Notes: generated by a model from the sequence alone, not told the origin. A stretch of DNA of 64,000 nucleotides from an uncultured Chloroflexia bacterium (GCA_963765765.1 CAVXYC010000020.1:608001-672000), one strand, 5' to 3'. Numbered from the stretch's first letter, positions 44,341 through 57,630 are shown. Numbers and translations: made by a program.

Positions 44341-44446
44341 GCGGGCGTGCGCGAGCGCGGTGATCAGATCTGGCTTTCACCAGAGAAAGATCGCGCTGCT
44401 ATCCGAACAGCCTGGACCATCGACGCGTCAACCGCGGCTGCCGATT

Positions 44447-45717
44447 TCAGAGGTCCGGCAAACGCCCGTCAGCTACCGCGAAATCGACCGGCTCCTCCGA
44501 ACGGGCTTGGGAGCCCTGTCCTCGATAGAGCAGCGTCAATACGGGCGGAACCACGAGGGTGGTCAGAACGCTCATGATCACCACGATTGAGAACATCGCA
44601 TCGGAAATCACTCCAAGTGATTTCCCGACATTGGCGACGATCAACCCAACCTCGCCCCGAGGTGCCATTCCGACACCGATAATGGCGACTGATCGAGCGC
44701 CCATCCCCCAGGCACCAGCTCCGCAGCCCACTAGCTTTCCGAGAATCGCGAGCCCAGTCACAGCCAACGCAATGCCGAGCAACGAGCCGTCAAGGAACAA
44801 CCTCCAGTCCACATGCGTGCCCGTGATGACGAAAAAAAGCGGCACCAGAAACTCGTATAACGGCAGCGTCTGTTTCTCGAGCTCGTACTGCTCCCTCAGC
44901 TCGGCGAAAACCATCCCAGCCAGGAATGCCCCAATGATCGCGGCAAGTCCGATGTTCGCTGCGACAACGGCAAGTCCAAGCATCACCAGCACAGCGACGA
45001 CAAACGGCGCGTTGCGAATTCTGAGTCGCTCGAGATGAATGCTCCACCGCTGCGCGGCGTGGCGCCCGGCTAGCGCGACAAATAATGTAAAGGCGATGGC
45101 CTGGACGGTGATAAGGGCGATTGCTGCCACATTGAGCGCTCCACCCGCTCCCAGTCCTCCCATGATCGCCAGGACGATCATACCTATGATGTCGTCGATC
45201 ACCGCCGCCCCGAGGATGATACGTGCCTCACGCTCTTGCAGTTTTCCCAGGTCAGCCAGTACGCGGGCGGTTATCCCAACGCTTGTCGCCACCATCGCTG
45301 TTCCGAGAAACAACGACTCAATTGCTGGATGGTTCAGCGCAATCATCAACATGGCGCCGAGAACGAAGGGAACTATCACGCCGAGTACAGCAACGACTCC
45401 CGGCACGCACTCCAACGCGGAGGATGTCGGAAAGTCGAGTCTCCAGGCCCACCATGAAATAAGAGGACGACGACCCCGAGCTCAGCAATGACCATGTAAA
45501 TGCTCTCGAGAGCTTCGCCTGCTTCACCGTGAAAAGTGTTGACCATCGACATTGACGGAACACCAACCCATCCAAGGGCATAGGGGCCGATCGCAATGCC
45601 GATCAGAAGCTCGCCTATCACCGCGGGCTGATGCAGGCGCTCGAAGATTTCCCCGGCAACCTTTGCCATCAAGAACATGATGAACAGGTCGGTGAGCATC
45701 GCGGTGGCGATTTCCAT
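44447..45717 (-). CDS. Cation:proton antiporter, CPA2/NapA-like (frameshift ~45455)
   Basis: PAVIGELLIG, ATSVGIT, GAAVIDD, IGAFLAG, PRGEVG. Confidence 0.92.
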
Positions 45718-45731
45718 GAATAGCACCTCTC

Positions 45732-45766
45732 AAAACACAAAGGAGACTGTCAGTTGACAGTCTCCT
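45732..45766 (-). terminator. Intrinsic terminator within the antiporter leader
   Basis: Minus strand AGGAGACTGTCA-AC-TGACAGTCTCCT-TTGTGTTTT, directly before RBS GAGAGG. Confidence 0.75.
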
Positions 45767-46039
45767 CCTTGCCGATCGGATACGGGGAGCTCGGCATCCC
45801 CGGCGTTGCGCCAGGACTAGATTTTACATGCCCCGCTTACACCCTTCGCCCTGATTCGTCCCAAGTATGTCGTAGAAATAGCCCGGATTGAGTTACTTCT
45901 GTCTCTTTGTGGCGCGCCGCTCGCCCTCGTCCATACGCTGCTTGTAGGCACGTAGGCGCAGCAGAATAAGAGCGACGGAGTATATTTTCGCAATGCCCAC
46001 GCCGCCGGGCACATAACCGACTGGAGAACAAACGCTAAC

Positions 46040-46719
46040 ATGTGCGGTCGCTACACCTTGGGTGACCCCAGCCCACTCATGCGTCGCTTCGGGCTTGAGG
46101 AGTTCGCCGAGACTTCCATCACGCCGCGGTTTAATGTGGCGCCGACTCAGCAGATCCCGATCATCATCCAACGGCCACAGGGCCGCGAGCTTCGGATGGC
46201 AAAGTGGGGCTTCCAGCCACCGTGGATGAAGGGAGGCAAGCGCCCGCCGCCAATCAACGCCCGGTTGGACACGCTTGCCCTGAGTCCAATGTTTCGCTCA
46301 TCCATCGGGAAATGGCGCTGCATCATTCCCGCGGACGGCTTCTATGAATGGCAAACCATTCCCGGACAGAAGCGGAAGCAGCCGACGTACATCCGGTTGA
46401 AGTCCGGGGGGATCTTTGGGTTCGCCGGACTGTACACGAGTCGCATAGAGGGCGTGGACAACACGGGCACGGCCGTCATCATCAGGACGGGCCCAAACGA
46501 GCTCATCATGCCAATCCACAATCGCATGCCAGCGATCCTGCTTCCGGAGCTCGAGGCAGCCTGGCTGGATTCAGACATGATAAGCATCCCAGACTGCTGG
46601 CGTTGTTGCGGCCCTATCCCGCGGAGAGCATGGTGTCGATCCCAGTCTCCACCGCGGTGAACGGCGCGGCTAGTGAAGGAGTAGAGCTGATTGCGCCCAT
46701 CAGCAAATCCGAGAGCTAG
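46040..46719 (+). CDS. SOS response-associated peptidase (SRAP/YedK/HMCES), C-terminal frameshift
   Basis: MCGRY, FNVAPTQ, INAR, GFYEW, IHNRMP. Confidence 0.93.
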
Positions 46720-47059
46720 CCGCGACTAACTGCTTTTCTTGTGTCTAACGGTCCCTTTAGACGCGCATGCATTGGTGTGTCAACGCGCCTGAGCACCGAA
46801 CGGTGTTCCAATCATCCCCGGCGTGTCAGGCTTGGCAGCTTGCTACGGATGCACGCGATTGGCGGCACATAGCCGTATTGAACAATCCGTTGAGTGTTCG
46901 GAGAGCACTTGTCCCATTAGTCGTAGGTTTAGAGACACTCCATCAGCTCAGGCGATGCCTACGGACCCAGGCATAATGAATAGAGATATTCCCACGTTAC
47001 TACGATCAGTTCCCATGCCGCTCATAATGCTTGCCCGCTAATCGCGTCGCCCGGCCCGA

Positions 47060-47861
47060 GTGAGTAATGTGTCAGTTCTCAAGCGAAACAATGTCACGGT
47101 CTCCGGCGATGGCACGCAACCCATGGTTTTCTCCCACGGCTACGGCTGCGATCAGAATATGTGGTCGGCTGTGGCACCCGCGTTTGCAGGCCAGTACCGC
47201 TTAATACTGTTCGATCATGTCGGTGCAGGGAATCCGACCTCCAGGCCTACGAGCGGGCGAAGTACAGCTCCCTTCAGGGTTACGCCGACGATATCCTTGA
47301 GATCTTCGATGAGCTGAAGCTTGAAGACGCCATATTTGTAGGCCACTCAGTAAGTGCCGTGATTGGGATTCTGGCCGCGATTAAACAGCAGGAGCTATTC
47401 GACAAACTGGTGCTGATCGGCCCATCACCGCGATACATCAATGACAATGGCTACGTAGGTGGGTTCGAACGCAACGATATCGATGAGCTCCTCGAGTTCC
47501 AGGAAAGCGATTACCTCGGCTGGGCTAGCAGCCTCGGCCCCGCGATCATGGGCAACCCTAATCGCCCGGAGCTCGGCGAAACACTGACAAACAGCTTTTG
47601 CCGAACCGACCGGAGATCGCAAAGCAGTTCGCGGCAGTCACCTTCCTATCAGACAATCGGGCTGACTTGCCCAAATTAATGACGCCGTCACTCATATTGC
47701 AGTGCCAGCAAGACATCATTGCGCCTTTAACCGTGGGAGACTACGTTCACAAGAATCTCTCATCCAGCGAGCTCGTCGTCATGGAGGCAACGGGCCACTG
47801 TCCACATCTCAGCGCCCCGGTTGAGACTATTACCGCGATCAAGGCCTTTCTTGACGAGTGA
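47060..47861 (+). CDS. rsbQ: RsbQ/KAI2-like alpha/beta hydrolase (two frameshifts)
   Basis: HGYGCDQNMW, GHSVS, GPSPRYIND, GHCPHLS. Confidence 0.88.
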
Positions 47862-47883
47862 GGTTATCCCTTAAGAGAGACGC

Positions 47884-49324
47884 ATGAACGAAGACATCTT
47901 GCGAGATAGCCTGCTAGATCTGTACGACCAGGCTCCTTGCGGATACATCTTTACGCTGCCGGACGGCGCAATCGTCCGCGTTAATCAGACGTTTCTGACA
48001 TGGCTCGAACAAACCTATGACGAGCTTGTTTCCGTACGCCGCATCCAGGATTTGCTCACCCTTCCAGGCAAGCTCTTTTATGAGAATCAGTATGACCCAC
48101 TTTTACGGATGCAGGGATTTGTCAATGAGGTAGCTTTTGACCTCGTTGGCAGGAACGGTCGGCGCATTCCGGTGCTCATGAACTCGGTCCTGAAGCGTGA
48201 CAAAGATGGTCAAGCACTTCTCGTCGCCAGCAGCGTGTTCAACGCAACCCAACGACGGTTGTATGAACAAGAGCTCCTTGCGCAACGCCGCCGCGCGGAT
48301 CAGATCGCTGCTATCGTTACGAACTCGAGTGACGCCATCGTGAGCGCGACCGCGGATGGGCGGATCGAGAGCTGCAACGCCGCCGCTGCGAGGATCTTTG
48401 GTTACCCCGCCCAAGAAATCATTGGCCGGGGACTCAACGAGCTTTTCGTGCCGACCCGAGAGACCGAGGAGCCTGATCGTCTGCTCGCCAAACTTGAGGC
48501 TGGAGAATCCGTATACATAGATTCCAGAGTCCGCGGAGCGGACAATTGCTTGGTTGATGTTTCGGCGAGTCTCACGCCACACATGGGACCACTTGGCGAG
48601 CTCGCCTCGATCTCATTGATCGTCCGAGATGAGACCGAACGAAGAGCACTGGAGCGACTTCAACAGGAATTCCTCGCAATGACCAGTCACGAGCTAAAGA
48701 ATCCTGTGACGGTCATCAAGAGTCACGCGCAGCTTATGCAGCGCACGGGCTGCTTATAGCGATGAGTCAGTGGGCAGCATAGTTGCGCAAGCGGATCAGC
48801 TTCGGAAGCTCATTGACGATCTGCTATCTGCTTCTCAGATCGAGGCCGATCGGCTGGATCTTAGATTGATCAGAACGGACCTGGAATCTGAAGTGAGCAT
48901 CGCGGCGAACTTAATGTTGCCGATCAGACCAACCATTGAAGTGCAGACGTCAGGAGAGACACTGATTGTGGACGCGGATCGTGCGCGACTCAGTCAGGTC
49001 CTTGCCAACCTTTTGACGAACGCCGTGAAGTACTCACCTGACGAAAGCCCAATTCTGCTTCGACTTTTCCGTGAAGGGAAAAACGCCCGATTGGACGTCA
49101 TGGATCAAGGTGCCGGCATTCCGCCCGACGCATTACCTCACCTATTCGATCGGTTCTACCGTGCCGAGGGCGCGGCGGGCCGTGCCCAGGGTCTCGGCCT
49201 GGGTCTGTTCATTAGCCACAGACTGGTGCGCGCCCACGGGGGCAACATTCAGGTGAAATCCAAGCTAGGCAAGGGAACGACCTTTACCGTGCTTCTTCCG
49301 CTGGCGCTTGACGACACCGATTAA
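47884..49324 (+). CDS. PAS-PAS sensor histidine kinase with RsbP-type PAS (frameshift ~48750)
   Basis: APCGY...PLLRMQG PAS; SHELKNP; NLLTNAVKYS, DQGAGI, LFDRFYR, GLGLGL. Confidence 0.9.
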
Positions 49325-49519
49325 GTACCTGTCCCCATCGGCTTACCCAGGAATCGCCATTGAGCAGAGCCAGTTTCAATCTTCGTCACGCGACTTTGCG
49401 CCGCGACTTCTTCAGGAGCTGAAGGCGGGACTCAATTCGTTGGAAGTGGCCATCATGCCGCCCCAGGAGATGCTTCGCCAGATTCGCCCCACTGGTGGAA
49501 TCTCCCGATTCGACCGCTC

Positions 49520-50247
49520 ATCGTGTGCGCCGATGTGCTCAACGATGGCGCCTGGATTGGTGGCTTCGAGGCTGGGTTCCACGACACCGAAAAATGTTGG
49601 GGCTACGCGTTGACCGTCAGTGTTTCACAGTCAGTGTGGGTAACCGCTGACCAGGTGAAAGATGGCGAGATTACCAGCGTCAAAAACATGACCGATCCCA
49701 AGTGGAAAGGCAAAATCATCGCATCGGATCCGCGTACGCGCGGCTCGGGCTTTTTCGCCGCCACGGTGATGCGCATCAAGACGGGTCCGATGACATCATC
49801 CGCCAGCTCTACAAGGATCAGGAAGTCCTGCTGGCCACCGATCCACGGCTCTCCACGGAGGACATGGTTCGCGGCCGTCACATTGTCTCAATTGGGGCGA
49901 TTGATAAGCATATCCTGGCCGATTTTCGTGAGCGGGACTCACTCAGAACTTGAAGCACGTCCTCATCCCGGACATCGACTATCAATCAAGCAGCTTCAAT
50001 GCACTCTACATCATGAAAGGTGCACAGTATCCGAACGCCGCTCATTTGTTCATCAATTGGGCTCTTAGCAAAGCGGCCGGCGCCCTCTGGGCAGAGAATC
50101 TGGAGGACAACAGTCGCCGATCGAACGTGCCAGTGTTCGATCAAAGCATCGCGCTCAAGCCTGGTGAGAAGTACCTCGTTTCCCAGGATGAGCCCTCCTG
50201 GAAGACGTGGAGAAACTCAGCAGCTCGCCAAGGACATTCTGAACTAG
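49520..50247 (+). pseudogene. ABC extracellular solute-binding protein, 5'-truncated and frameshifted
   Basis: DPKWKGKIIASDPR, YPNAAHLFINWALS; no signal peptide or N-terminal half. Confidence 0.7.
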
Positions 50248-50337
50248 GCGCTGCTGGACCGCGAGCATATCGCGATACCGGAAGTAGGCGCGCGGCGTCG
50301 GTAAATAGTGCTGCTCCGGTGAGACAGGCGGCTCTGA

Positions 50338-52082
50338 CTACCGACGGGTGCCTACCTCGACTCGCTCGTCAACAACATTGACGGGCGGCACAGCTGGCTG
50401 GGCATCCTCTTTCAGAACCTCGGTCAAAAGCTGGGGACGCTCCGCAAAAGTCTTTCGAAGAGGAATCTCCTTTAGAAAGAGCACCACGACAACGCCCAAA
50501 GCCGCGATCCCGGCGCTTGTCAGGAAGAGCTCATGCAACGAAGCGACCAGAGCTAGCCGAATCGCGGTGTGCACAGAATCGAAAAGTGCGGCACCTCCAG
50601 GTCCGAGGGCTTCGAGGCTCGCCCGAACACTTTCAGCCGCCTGCGGATTGAGAAGAACCTGGGGGTTCTGCAACTGCGAGAGCTGATCGGCAGGAATGGC
50701 CCTTGTGACGTCGGGCGGAAGAGCGGATTGCAACGATGGACCGAACCGATTCGTCAGCAGACTGCCGAACACCGCCACCCCCAGCGTGCTGCCAATTGAC
50801 CGCGAGAACTGTGTAAGGGACGTGACGACGCCTATCTGGCGCATCTCAATTGCATTTTGGGCTGCCAGAGTGAACACAGGCATCGCCGGGCCCATGCCCA
50901 ATCCCACGATTACCATCTTTCGGACGACCGTGGCGTAGTCTGTGTTTGCGTCCATCTGGCTGAGCAGGAACATACCAACGGTCATAATGGTCAGGCCGAG
51001 CAGTGCAAGAAATTTATAGCGGCCCGTCCGGCTGATCACCTGGCCAGACGTCATGCTCGCGCCGATCATGGCAATCATCATCGGCGTCAACATCGTTCCA
51101 CTCTGAGTCGCGCTGGAGCCGATGACTCCCTGGATAAACAATGGGATGAATAGGATGGTGCCGAACATCCCCATGGCCATCAGTGAAAGTGCCAGGATGG
51201 AGACTGAAACAATCCGATTGCGGAACAGTGACAGTGGAATGATCGGTTCGGCGGCGTGAAGCTCTATGAATCCGAATACGGCGATCATGATCAGTGCAAC
51301 CGCAAACATGCCCACGATTTGAGGTGAGGCCCAGGGATACTCCGTGCCTCCCCAGGAAAGCGCTAGGAGCAGTGGCACAACGCCGAGAACCAGCGCTACG
51401 CAGCCAGCGAAGTCGATGCGACGATTTCCGGGCGCTCCAGCGACATTGGGGAAGAACAGCCAGAGCACCGTGAGCGCGACGATCCCGATGGGGCGGTTGA
51501 CGTAGAACACCCAACGCCAGCTCAAACTGTCGGTGAGGAATCCACCAAGGAGGGGACCTGCGATGCTTGCCAGGCCAAAGATGGCCCCAAAAACACCCTG
51601 AATTCGCCCACGTTGCGCTGGCGGGAATATTGAGAAATAACCGTAAAAACGGTTGCCATCAGGATGCCGCCACCCAGCCCCTGAAGGCCGCGGAAAGCGA
51701 TCAACTGGGTCATATTCTGAGCAAGTCCGCAAAGCATGGACGTCAGAATAAAAAAGGCCGCACCACCAAGAAGAAACCGCTTCCGTCCGTACAGATCGCC
51801 AAGCTTTCCAACGATCGGAACCACGGTCGTGCTAGTGAGCAAATATGCCGTGGTAACCCAGGCGTAGTGCTCGAAGCCATGGAGATCCGCCACGATGCGC
51901 GGCATGGCCGTGCCCACGATGGTCTGATCGAGCGCAGCGAGTAGGAGTGAGAGAACTAAGCCAACCACCGTGAGAATCAGGTCTCTCCGTGGCAGCTCGT
52001 GGAAGTTCGCCGGCGGCGCCGGCGAATCCCCTCTACCTGCGGGCGAGTCCGTGATGCCGCGTGTTGCGCTAGTCACCAACAA
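50338..52082 (-). CDS. DHA2 (EmrB/QacA) MFS efflux transporter (frameshift ~51640)
   Basis: ALDQTIVGTAMP, GKLGDLYGRK, RGLQGLGGG, WRWVFYVN. Confidence 0.92.
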
Positions 52083-52173
52083 TGAACCCTTTCTAGAGCA
52101 CTGAGCAACTCAGGCTATTACGCGGGCACGTTGTTCGCGCGGAGCCTCACAACCACTCGTGAGGAATGAGGGG

Positions 52174-55100
52174 TTACCCCCTCGAGGACCCTACACGTTC
52201 TCGTGTCACCGGTCTTGCGGGCTCGACATATCGTGCTGGTGGAGGCGCGGACGGCTTGGGCTTGCGCGGTTTGAACGGCCGCCAGCGCATCAGCCGCATG
52301 ATCAGCGACTGGAAGTCATCGAAATACGTATACATGCATGGGACCACGAGCAGGCTCAAGAATGTTGAGCTCAGCATGCCGCCAATGATGACCGTGGCCA
52401 TGCCGACGTAGATCTCTGAGCCCTCTTCGAGCTTGAGTGCCAGGGGCATCATGCCGAAGACGAGCGCCATTGTGGTCATGAGAATGGGTCGAAGCCGTGC
52501 GCCGCCGGCCTGTCGCAACGCTTCGTTTCGCGGAAGCCCGGACCGCCGCAATGAGTTGGTGTAGTCCACCAGCAAGATGCCGTTCTTCCCAACAAGTCCC
52601 ATGAGCACGACTACACCGATCATGGAGAGCAGGTTCAGCGTATTCCCGGTAACGGCCAAGGCCACGAACGCTCCAATGATGGCAAGGGGGAGCGCAAACA
52701 TGGTGGCGAACGGCAGGATCATGCTCTCATAGAGGGCCGCCAGGAGCATGTACTCCAGAACAACTGAAAGTCCCAGCGCCAGGAGCATGTTGGTAAACGC
52801 CTTGGCCTGGTCAGCCGCCTGCCCGCCAAACTGGACGTTGTAGCCGGTTGGGATCTCCCCGTTGGCTTTCATCGCATCGATCCCCTGCTGCACGGGTCCG
52901 GTCACTGCGCCAAGAGGCGTGTTGCCGACGAGCCCGGAGCCGATGGTAACGACAGTCTGGCGGTTTCGTCGGTCAACAGTCGCCGGCCCTGCAACCTGCT
53001 CGGCGCGCGTGATTTGACTGAGCATAGTAGTCACCTGTTGCCCACCGCGCACCACCGGCCACCGGGATGTTGCCAATATCAGTGACGCTGGCCCGCGACG
53101 CCTCGTCAGCTATCAAACGCACATCCACTTCAGGCACGTTCTCGGGCCGAAGCTCGGTGACCACCTGGCCCTCGACAGACGTCCGTAGGGCAAGGGCAAC
53201 CTGCTGGGCAGTCACTCCGAAATCTGACATTCTGTCGCGATCGGGCATAAGCCGCGTCTCTGGGTTCGCGCGAGAGGCGCTGTTGGTCACGTCGCGAGTA
53301 TTGGGAACAGCCCGAACCATTTGTTCAACGCGACTGGCCAGGGCCTCGACCTGCAGCGGGTCTTCGCCCGTCACCAGCACCTGAACCGGCGTGGTGCCAC
53401 CCGCGCCGCCCGAGACCGAAGCCCGAATCGTCGCATCAGGAATATCACGTGTCTGCGCGGAGATCTCGTCCGCTATCTCTGACACGCTCCGCTTGCGCTG
53501 ATGCAGATCTTCGAGCACTACCTGAATTCGTCCAAAGCGACCATTCCGACTGGATAGACCGTTTGAGTTGACACCCCCGGTGCCGGACGTCGCCAGGTAG
53601 TAGTGGATCTCCGGAATGACGGCTAGCCGCTCCTCGACAGCGCGGATTGTTTGCTCCGTCGCCTCGAGAGAAGAGCCCGGTGGGGTCTCGATGGTCACGG
53701 TCAGAAGGCCATTGTCAGATTGCGGAATAAATTCACCCTTGACGTACCCGAGAGGAATAAGCGCGCACGCAAAGATGAGTAGACCCAGTGCCACGAGCGG
53801 CGCCGCCCAGCGATGGCGCAGCGCCCAGCCGAGAGTACGCTCGTAGCGACTCCGAAACCGCTCGATGAAGCGCTCAAATCCGCGGCTCGCGCGTTGCCAC
53901 CAGCCTTCATGATCTTCATCTCCCGCTTCCTTCAGCCAGCGAGAGGCAAGCAACGGCGTCAACGTAAATGAGATGAAGAGGGAGAGCAGTGTGGCAGCGG
54001 CAATCACGATGCCGAACTGGCGGAAGAAGCTCCCAATGGTGCCCGACATGAACGCGACGGGCGTAAAGACTACGACGTCCACGAGCGTGATGGCGATGGC
54101 CGCGAGGCCGATCTCACTTCTCCCTAGAATGGCGGCTTCTCTGGGCGTGGATCCCCGCTCCAGGTGCCGGAATATATTCTCGAGCACCACGATGGAATCA
54201 TCGACAAGCACGCCAACGACGAGCACCAGGGCCATGCTGGACATGATGTTCAACGTGAATCCGAGAATGTCCATCACGAGGAACGTTGCAATTAACGAGG
54301 TCGGAATAGCGAAGAGCACGATTGCCGTGCTGCGGAAGGTGTGCAGGAAGACCAGTAGGACTAGCCCCGTCAGCATGACCGCTTCCATCAAGCTCCGTTG
54401 AACGCCGTTGAGCGAGCTTCTTGTGAACGTGGACGTATCCGTGATGATCGAGATCTGCGATCCCGCCGGCAGAACCGAATTGAGTCGGGTGATTTCCGTT
54501 CGCACCGCGTCGACAGTGCGAATCTCATTCGCTCCGGACTGCTTCGTCACGGTCAAACCTATCGAGGGCTGCCCGTTCAGATATGACCTGGTGGTCGTGC
54601 GCTTATAGGTGTCAACGACCGTGGCAAGATCACCGAGCTGAGGTGATGCTTGCGATCCGGGAATCGTGACCTTGCGCATCTCGTCAACCGACTGAAACAG
54701 TCCCTGCAGGCGCAGCGAAGTCTGCTGGCGGCCACGCTCTAGCGTACCGCCGGGCATACCCATGTTCTCGCGGGTCAGTGCGCTCGACACCTGATCCAGC
54801 GTCACACCATATGCGCGTAATCGATCGGGGTTGACCTGGACCTGAATTTCGCGTTCGAGCCCACCAGTGATATCGACTGAGCCGACGCCGTTCTGAGTCT
54901 CGAGACTGGGCTGAATCCGCTCATCGGCTATTCGATACAGCTCATTGAGAGGCAACGGTCCGGTAAATGCCAGTCCCAACACAGGAAGCTGAGTCGGGTC
55001 GAGCTTTAGAACGGTGGGAGACTCAGCGTCCTGCGGCAACGTTGCCCGCACGGCACTGATTCGCCGCTCTACGTCCGTTGCGGCCACATTAATGTCCGCC

Positions 55101-55393
55101 GCGTCCGTGAAGGTAATCGTTACCTGGGAGGTGCCTTCGCCCGAAGATGAGGAGATCACATCAACGTTTGCAATGCCTGCGACCGCGTCCTCAATTGGTT
55201 CGGTGACAAGCCGCTGGACATCTTCGGGCGCCGCGCCAGCATACGTCGTAAGCACCGTGACCACGGGCGTGTTGATGTTTGGGTACAGCTCAGCGTTCAA
55301 CCGAAAGAATGAGACGCCACCCAGAAGCACCATGGCCATGATGACCATGAGCATGAAAACGGGACGCGAGATCGCAACCCTGGTAAGACCCAT
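52174..55393 (-). CDS. RND efflux permease (AcrB/SwrC-like; frameshift ~53060)
   Basis: ISRPV, VGVLVDDSIVVLENI, KNGILLVD, RLRPILMT. Confidence 0.93.
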
Positions 55394-55756
55394 TAAGAAA
55401 GCCTCACTAGGTTAGTCCGAATCGAAGCGAAGCTTCGAATGGCGTTCAGATCACGTGGAAATCGGGCTCCGGCGGCAGAGAGACGTGCACGCCGGGTGGG
55501 GAAAAGTGGCACAAAAATCGGTCTATTTCACTAGCGTCGTATTGTTTGAGTATATCAAAGTATTTGACCCGTGGCGGTGCCACAATTGAGTCACGTGCCG
55601 CCGCCCGCTGGCTGCCACAGGGCACCATTCCCGAAGCACAACGCACCTCGGGGAAGTCATATTCCCCTCCTTCTTCCTCACTCTGATCCAATTGAGACTC
55701 GAATGTTTCGGCTCTCACACCAGTGGTGTCTTTTCCGTCGATAGAATTAATTCGCC

Positions 55757-56993
55757 ATGTCGATAAATACGTGCAAACCGTTCGCAAGCAAGCTGACCGT
55801 TTGGCTACTCGTTGCAATGCTCTCAACCCTCGCATTGCCTTCGCAGGCCCACGCTAGCCGTTTTGGGCCTCCCTGGCTGGCCCAAGTCATTGTCGATCAA
55901 GCCATAGTGCGGTCCGAGCCACGAGCAGACGCCGACCATATCGGTCCGGTCCACCGTGGCAGTCGGCACATCGTTCTCGAGCACTCCAAAGCTGAAAACG
56001 GGGTGCAGTGGATGCGCATCGAACAGGGTTGGCTGAACCTTGATGATATCGACGAGGTGCGCGAGCCCTGGGTTGCGGAGGTCGTAGCCCCAAGTGTGTC
56101 CGTATTCGCTCTTCCGAACGCGGGCAGTGCGATTCGACGATCGGCAGAGCAAGGCTCGCTTCTACGCGTGGCCGGACTTTCACCCGGACTGGACGGCGAA
56201 ACGAACATCTGGTGGGCAACAACTGAAGGTTATGTCACCCTAAACGGTCTCGCCCCATCCGAGAGTGAATGGCGAGAGTCCTGGTTGCTTCCCGTAGCGG
56301 CGGACGCACCGGGTGGCTGGTGGGGTGCAATTCAATCCGATGCCAATGTCCGCGCTGCGCCAGCCGGAACAGCACCGCTTCTGGGTCAACTGCACCCGGG
56401 TGATCGAGTCAAGATCCTGGCGGAAGAGGAGGGCAATCTCGCTGATGGCAGCCGCGTCTGGTACCGAATCGATGGCGGCCGGTTCGACCGGAGGCCACAT
56501 CCATTCCTCGTTTATCAACCGAATCCCTGATCCAACGCCCAACACGACCCTCCCGGAGGGTGCATCCGGCGGCGGTACCTGGATTGTGGTGGACCGCAAT
56601 GCGACATCACTCACGGTGGTAACCGATGGCGACGTTCAATTTGTCACCTACGTCAGCCTCGGACGAGCAGGGGTGGAGACTCCAGTCGGTCAGTATTCGA
56701 CGTTCGGAAAGTACATTACCGACGACATGACCAGCACTAGCGTGCCTGACGCCGACCACTCGTACGACCTTCCGAACGTACCCTTTACCCAGTACTACCG
56801 CTCCGGCGGCTACGCAATTCACTCTGCTTACTGGCACGATCGTTTTGGAAGTACTGAGAGCCAGGGCTGCGTCAATGTCACCTGGGCCGATGGAGCCTAC
56901 CTTTTTGACTTGACGTCACCTTATGTGGTGCCCGGCAATTCCGTGCGCTGGACTGAGCCAGATCAATCGACGCCGCTCCTGATTGTTGGTTGA
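55757..56993 (+). CDS. Secreted SH3-repeat L,D-transpeptidase (YkuD family; frameshift ~56490)
   Basis: Signal peptide, SH3-like repeats (ANVRAAP), ETPVG, YAIHSAYWH...SQGCVN. Confidence 0.85.
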
Positions 56994-57090
56994 GGACGGG
57001 CTGCGGTTGGCCGGTGGCGCGGGTCCTGCAATGGCCGCTCTGCTAGCTTGGGCCCGTACACAGAATCACCCACTTGGGAGTATTGAAACG

Positions 57091-57630
57091 ATGAAGCGAT
57101 TATTGTCCTTAGCGATTGTGGCAGCTGGTTTGCTGGCTCTCCAGACACAGACGCAACTGAGTGCTGCGCAGGGCGACAAGCCTCTCGCCGCCGTCGCAAT
57201 GCGCGATCAGTCCGGTGCGCTGGTTGGATCAGTGACCTTCACTCAGGAAGATCATTCCGTTCAGGTCAAGGCGGACGTCTGGAGCATGACTCCCGGATTT
57301 CACGCCTTCCACGTTCACACCGTCGGTGCCTGCGAAGGCGACTTTACGAGCGCGGGCGGGCATTTCAATCGCGCTGGGGCAATTCATGCCGGCCATGACG
57401 GCGACATGTCTGCCCTTTATGTTCGAGGTGATGGCACGGGAACGCTCCGTTTCGAGACTGACCGCTTCAGTGTCGGAGCTCTCTTCGACGCCGACGGCTC
57501 GGCAGTCATTGTTCATGCGCTGCCCGACAACTTCGGCAACATTCCAACACGGTACGCTCCTGAGCCTGACGCCATGACCTTGAACACGGGCGACTCCGGC
57601 GGTCGAGTGGCCTGCGGGGTTGTGGAGTAA
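57091..57630 (+). CDS. sodC: Secreted Cu/Zn superoxide dismutase
   Basis: GFHAFHVH, SAGGHFN, HAGHDGD, VIVHA, GGRVACG. Confidence 0.93.
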   Translation: MKRLLSLAIVAAGLLALQTQTQLSAAQGDKPLAAVAMRDQSGALVGSVTFTQEDHSVQVKADVWSMTPGFHAFHVHTVGACEGDFTSAGGHFNRAGAIHAGHDGDMSALYVRGDGTGTLRFETDRFSVGALFDADGSAVIVHALPDNFGNIPTRYAPEPDAMTLNTGDSGGRVACGVVE

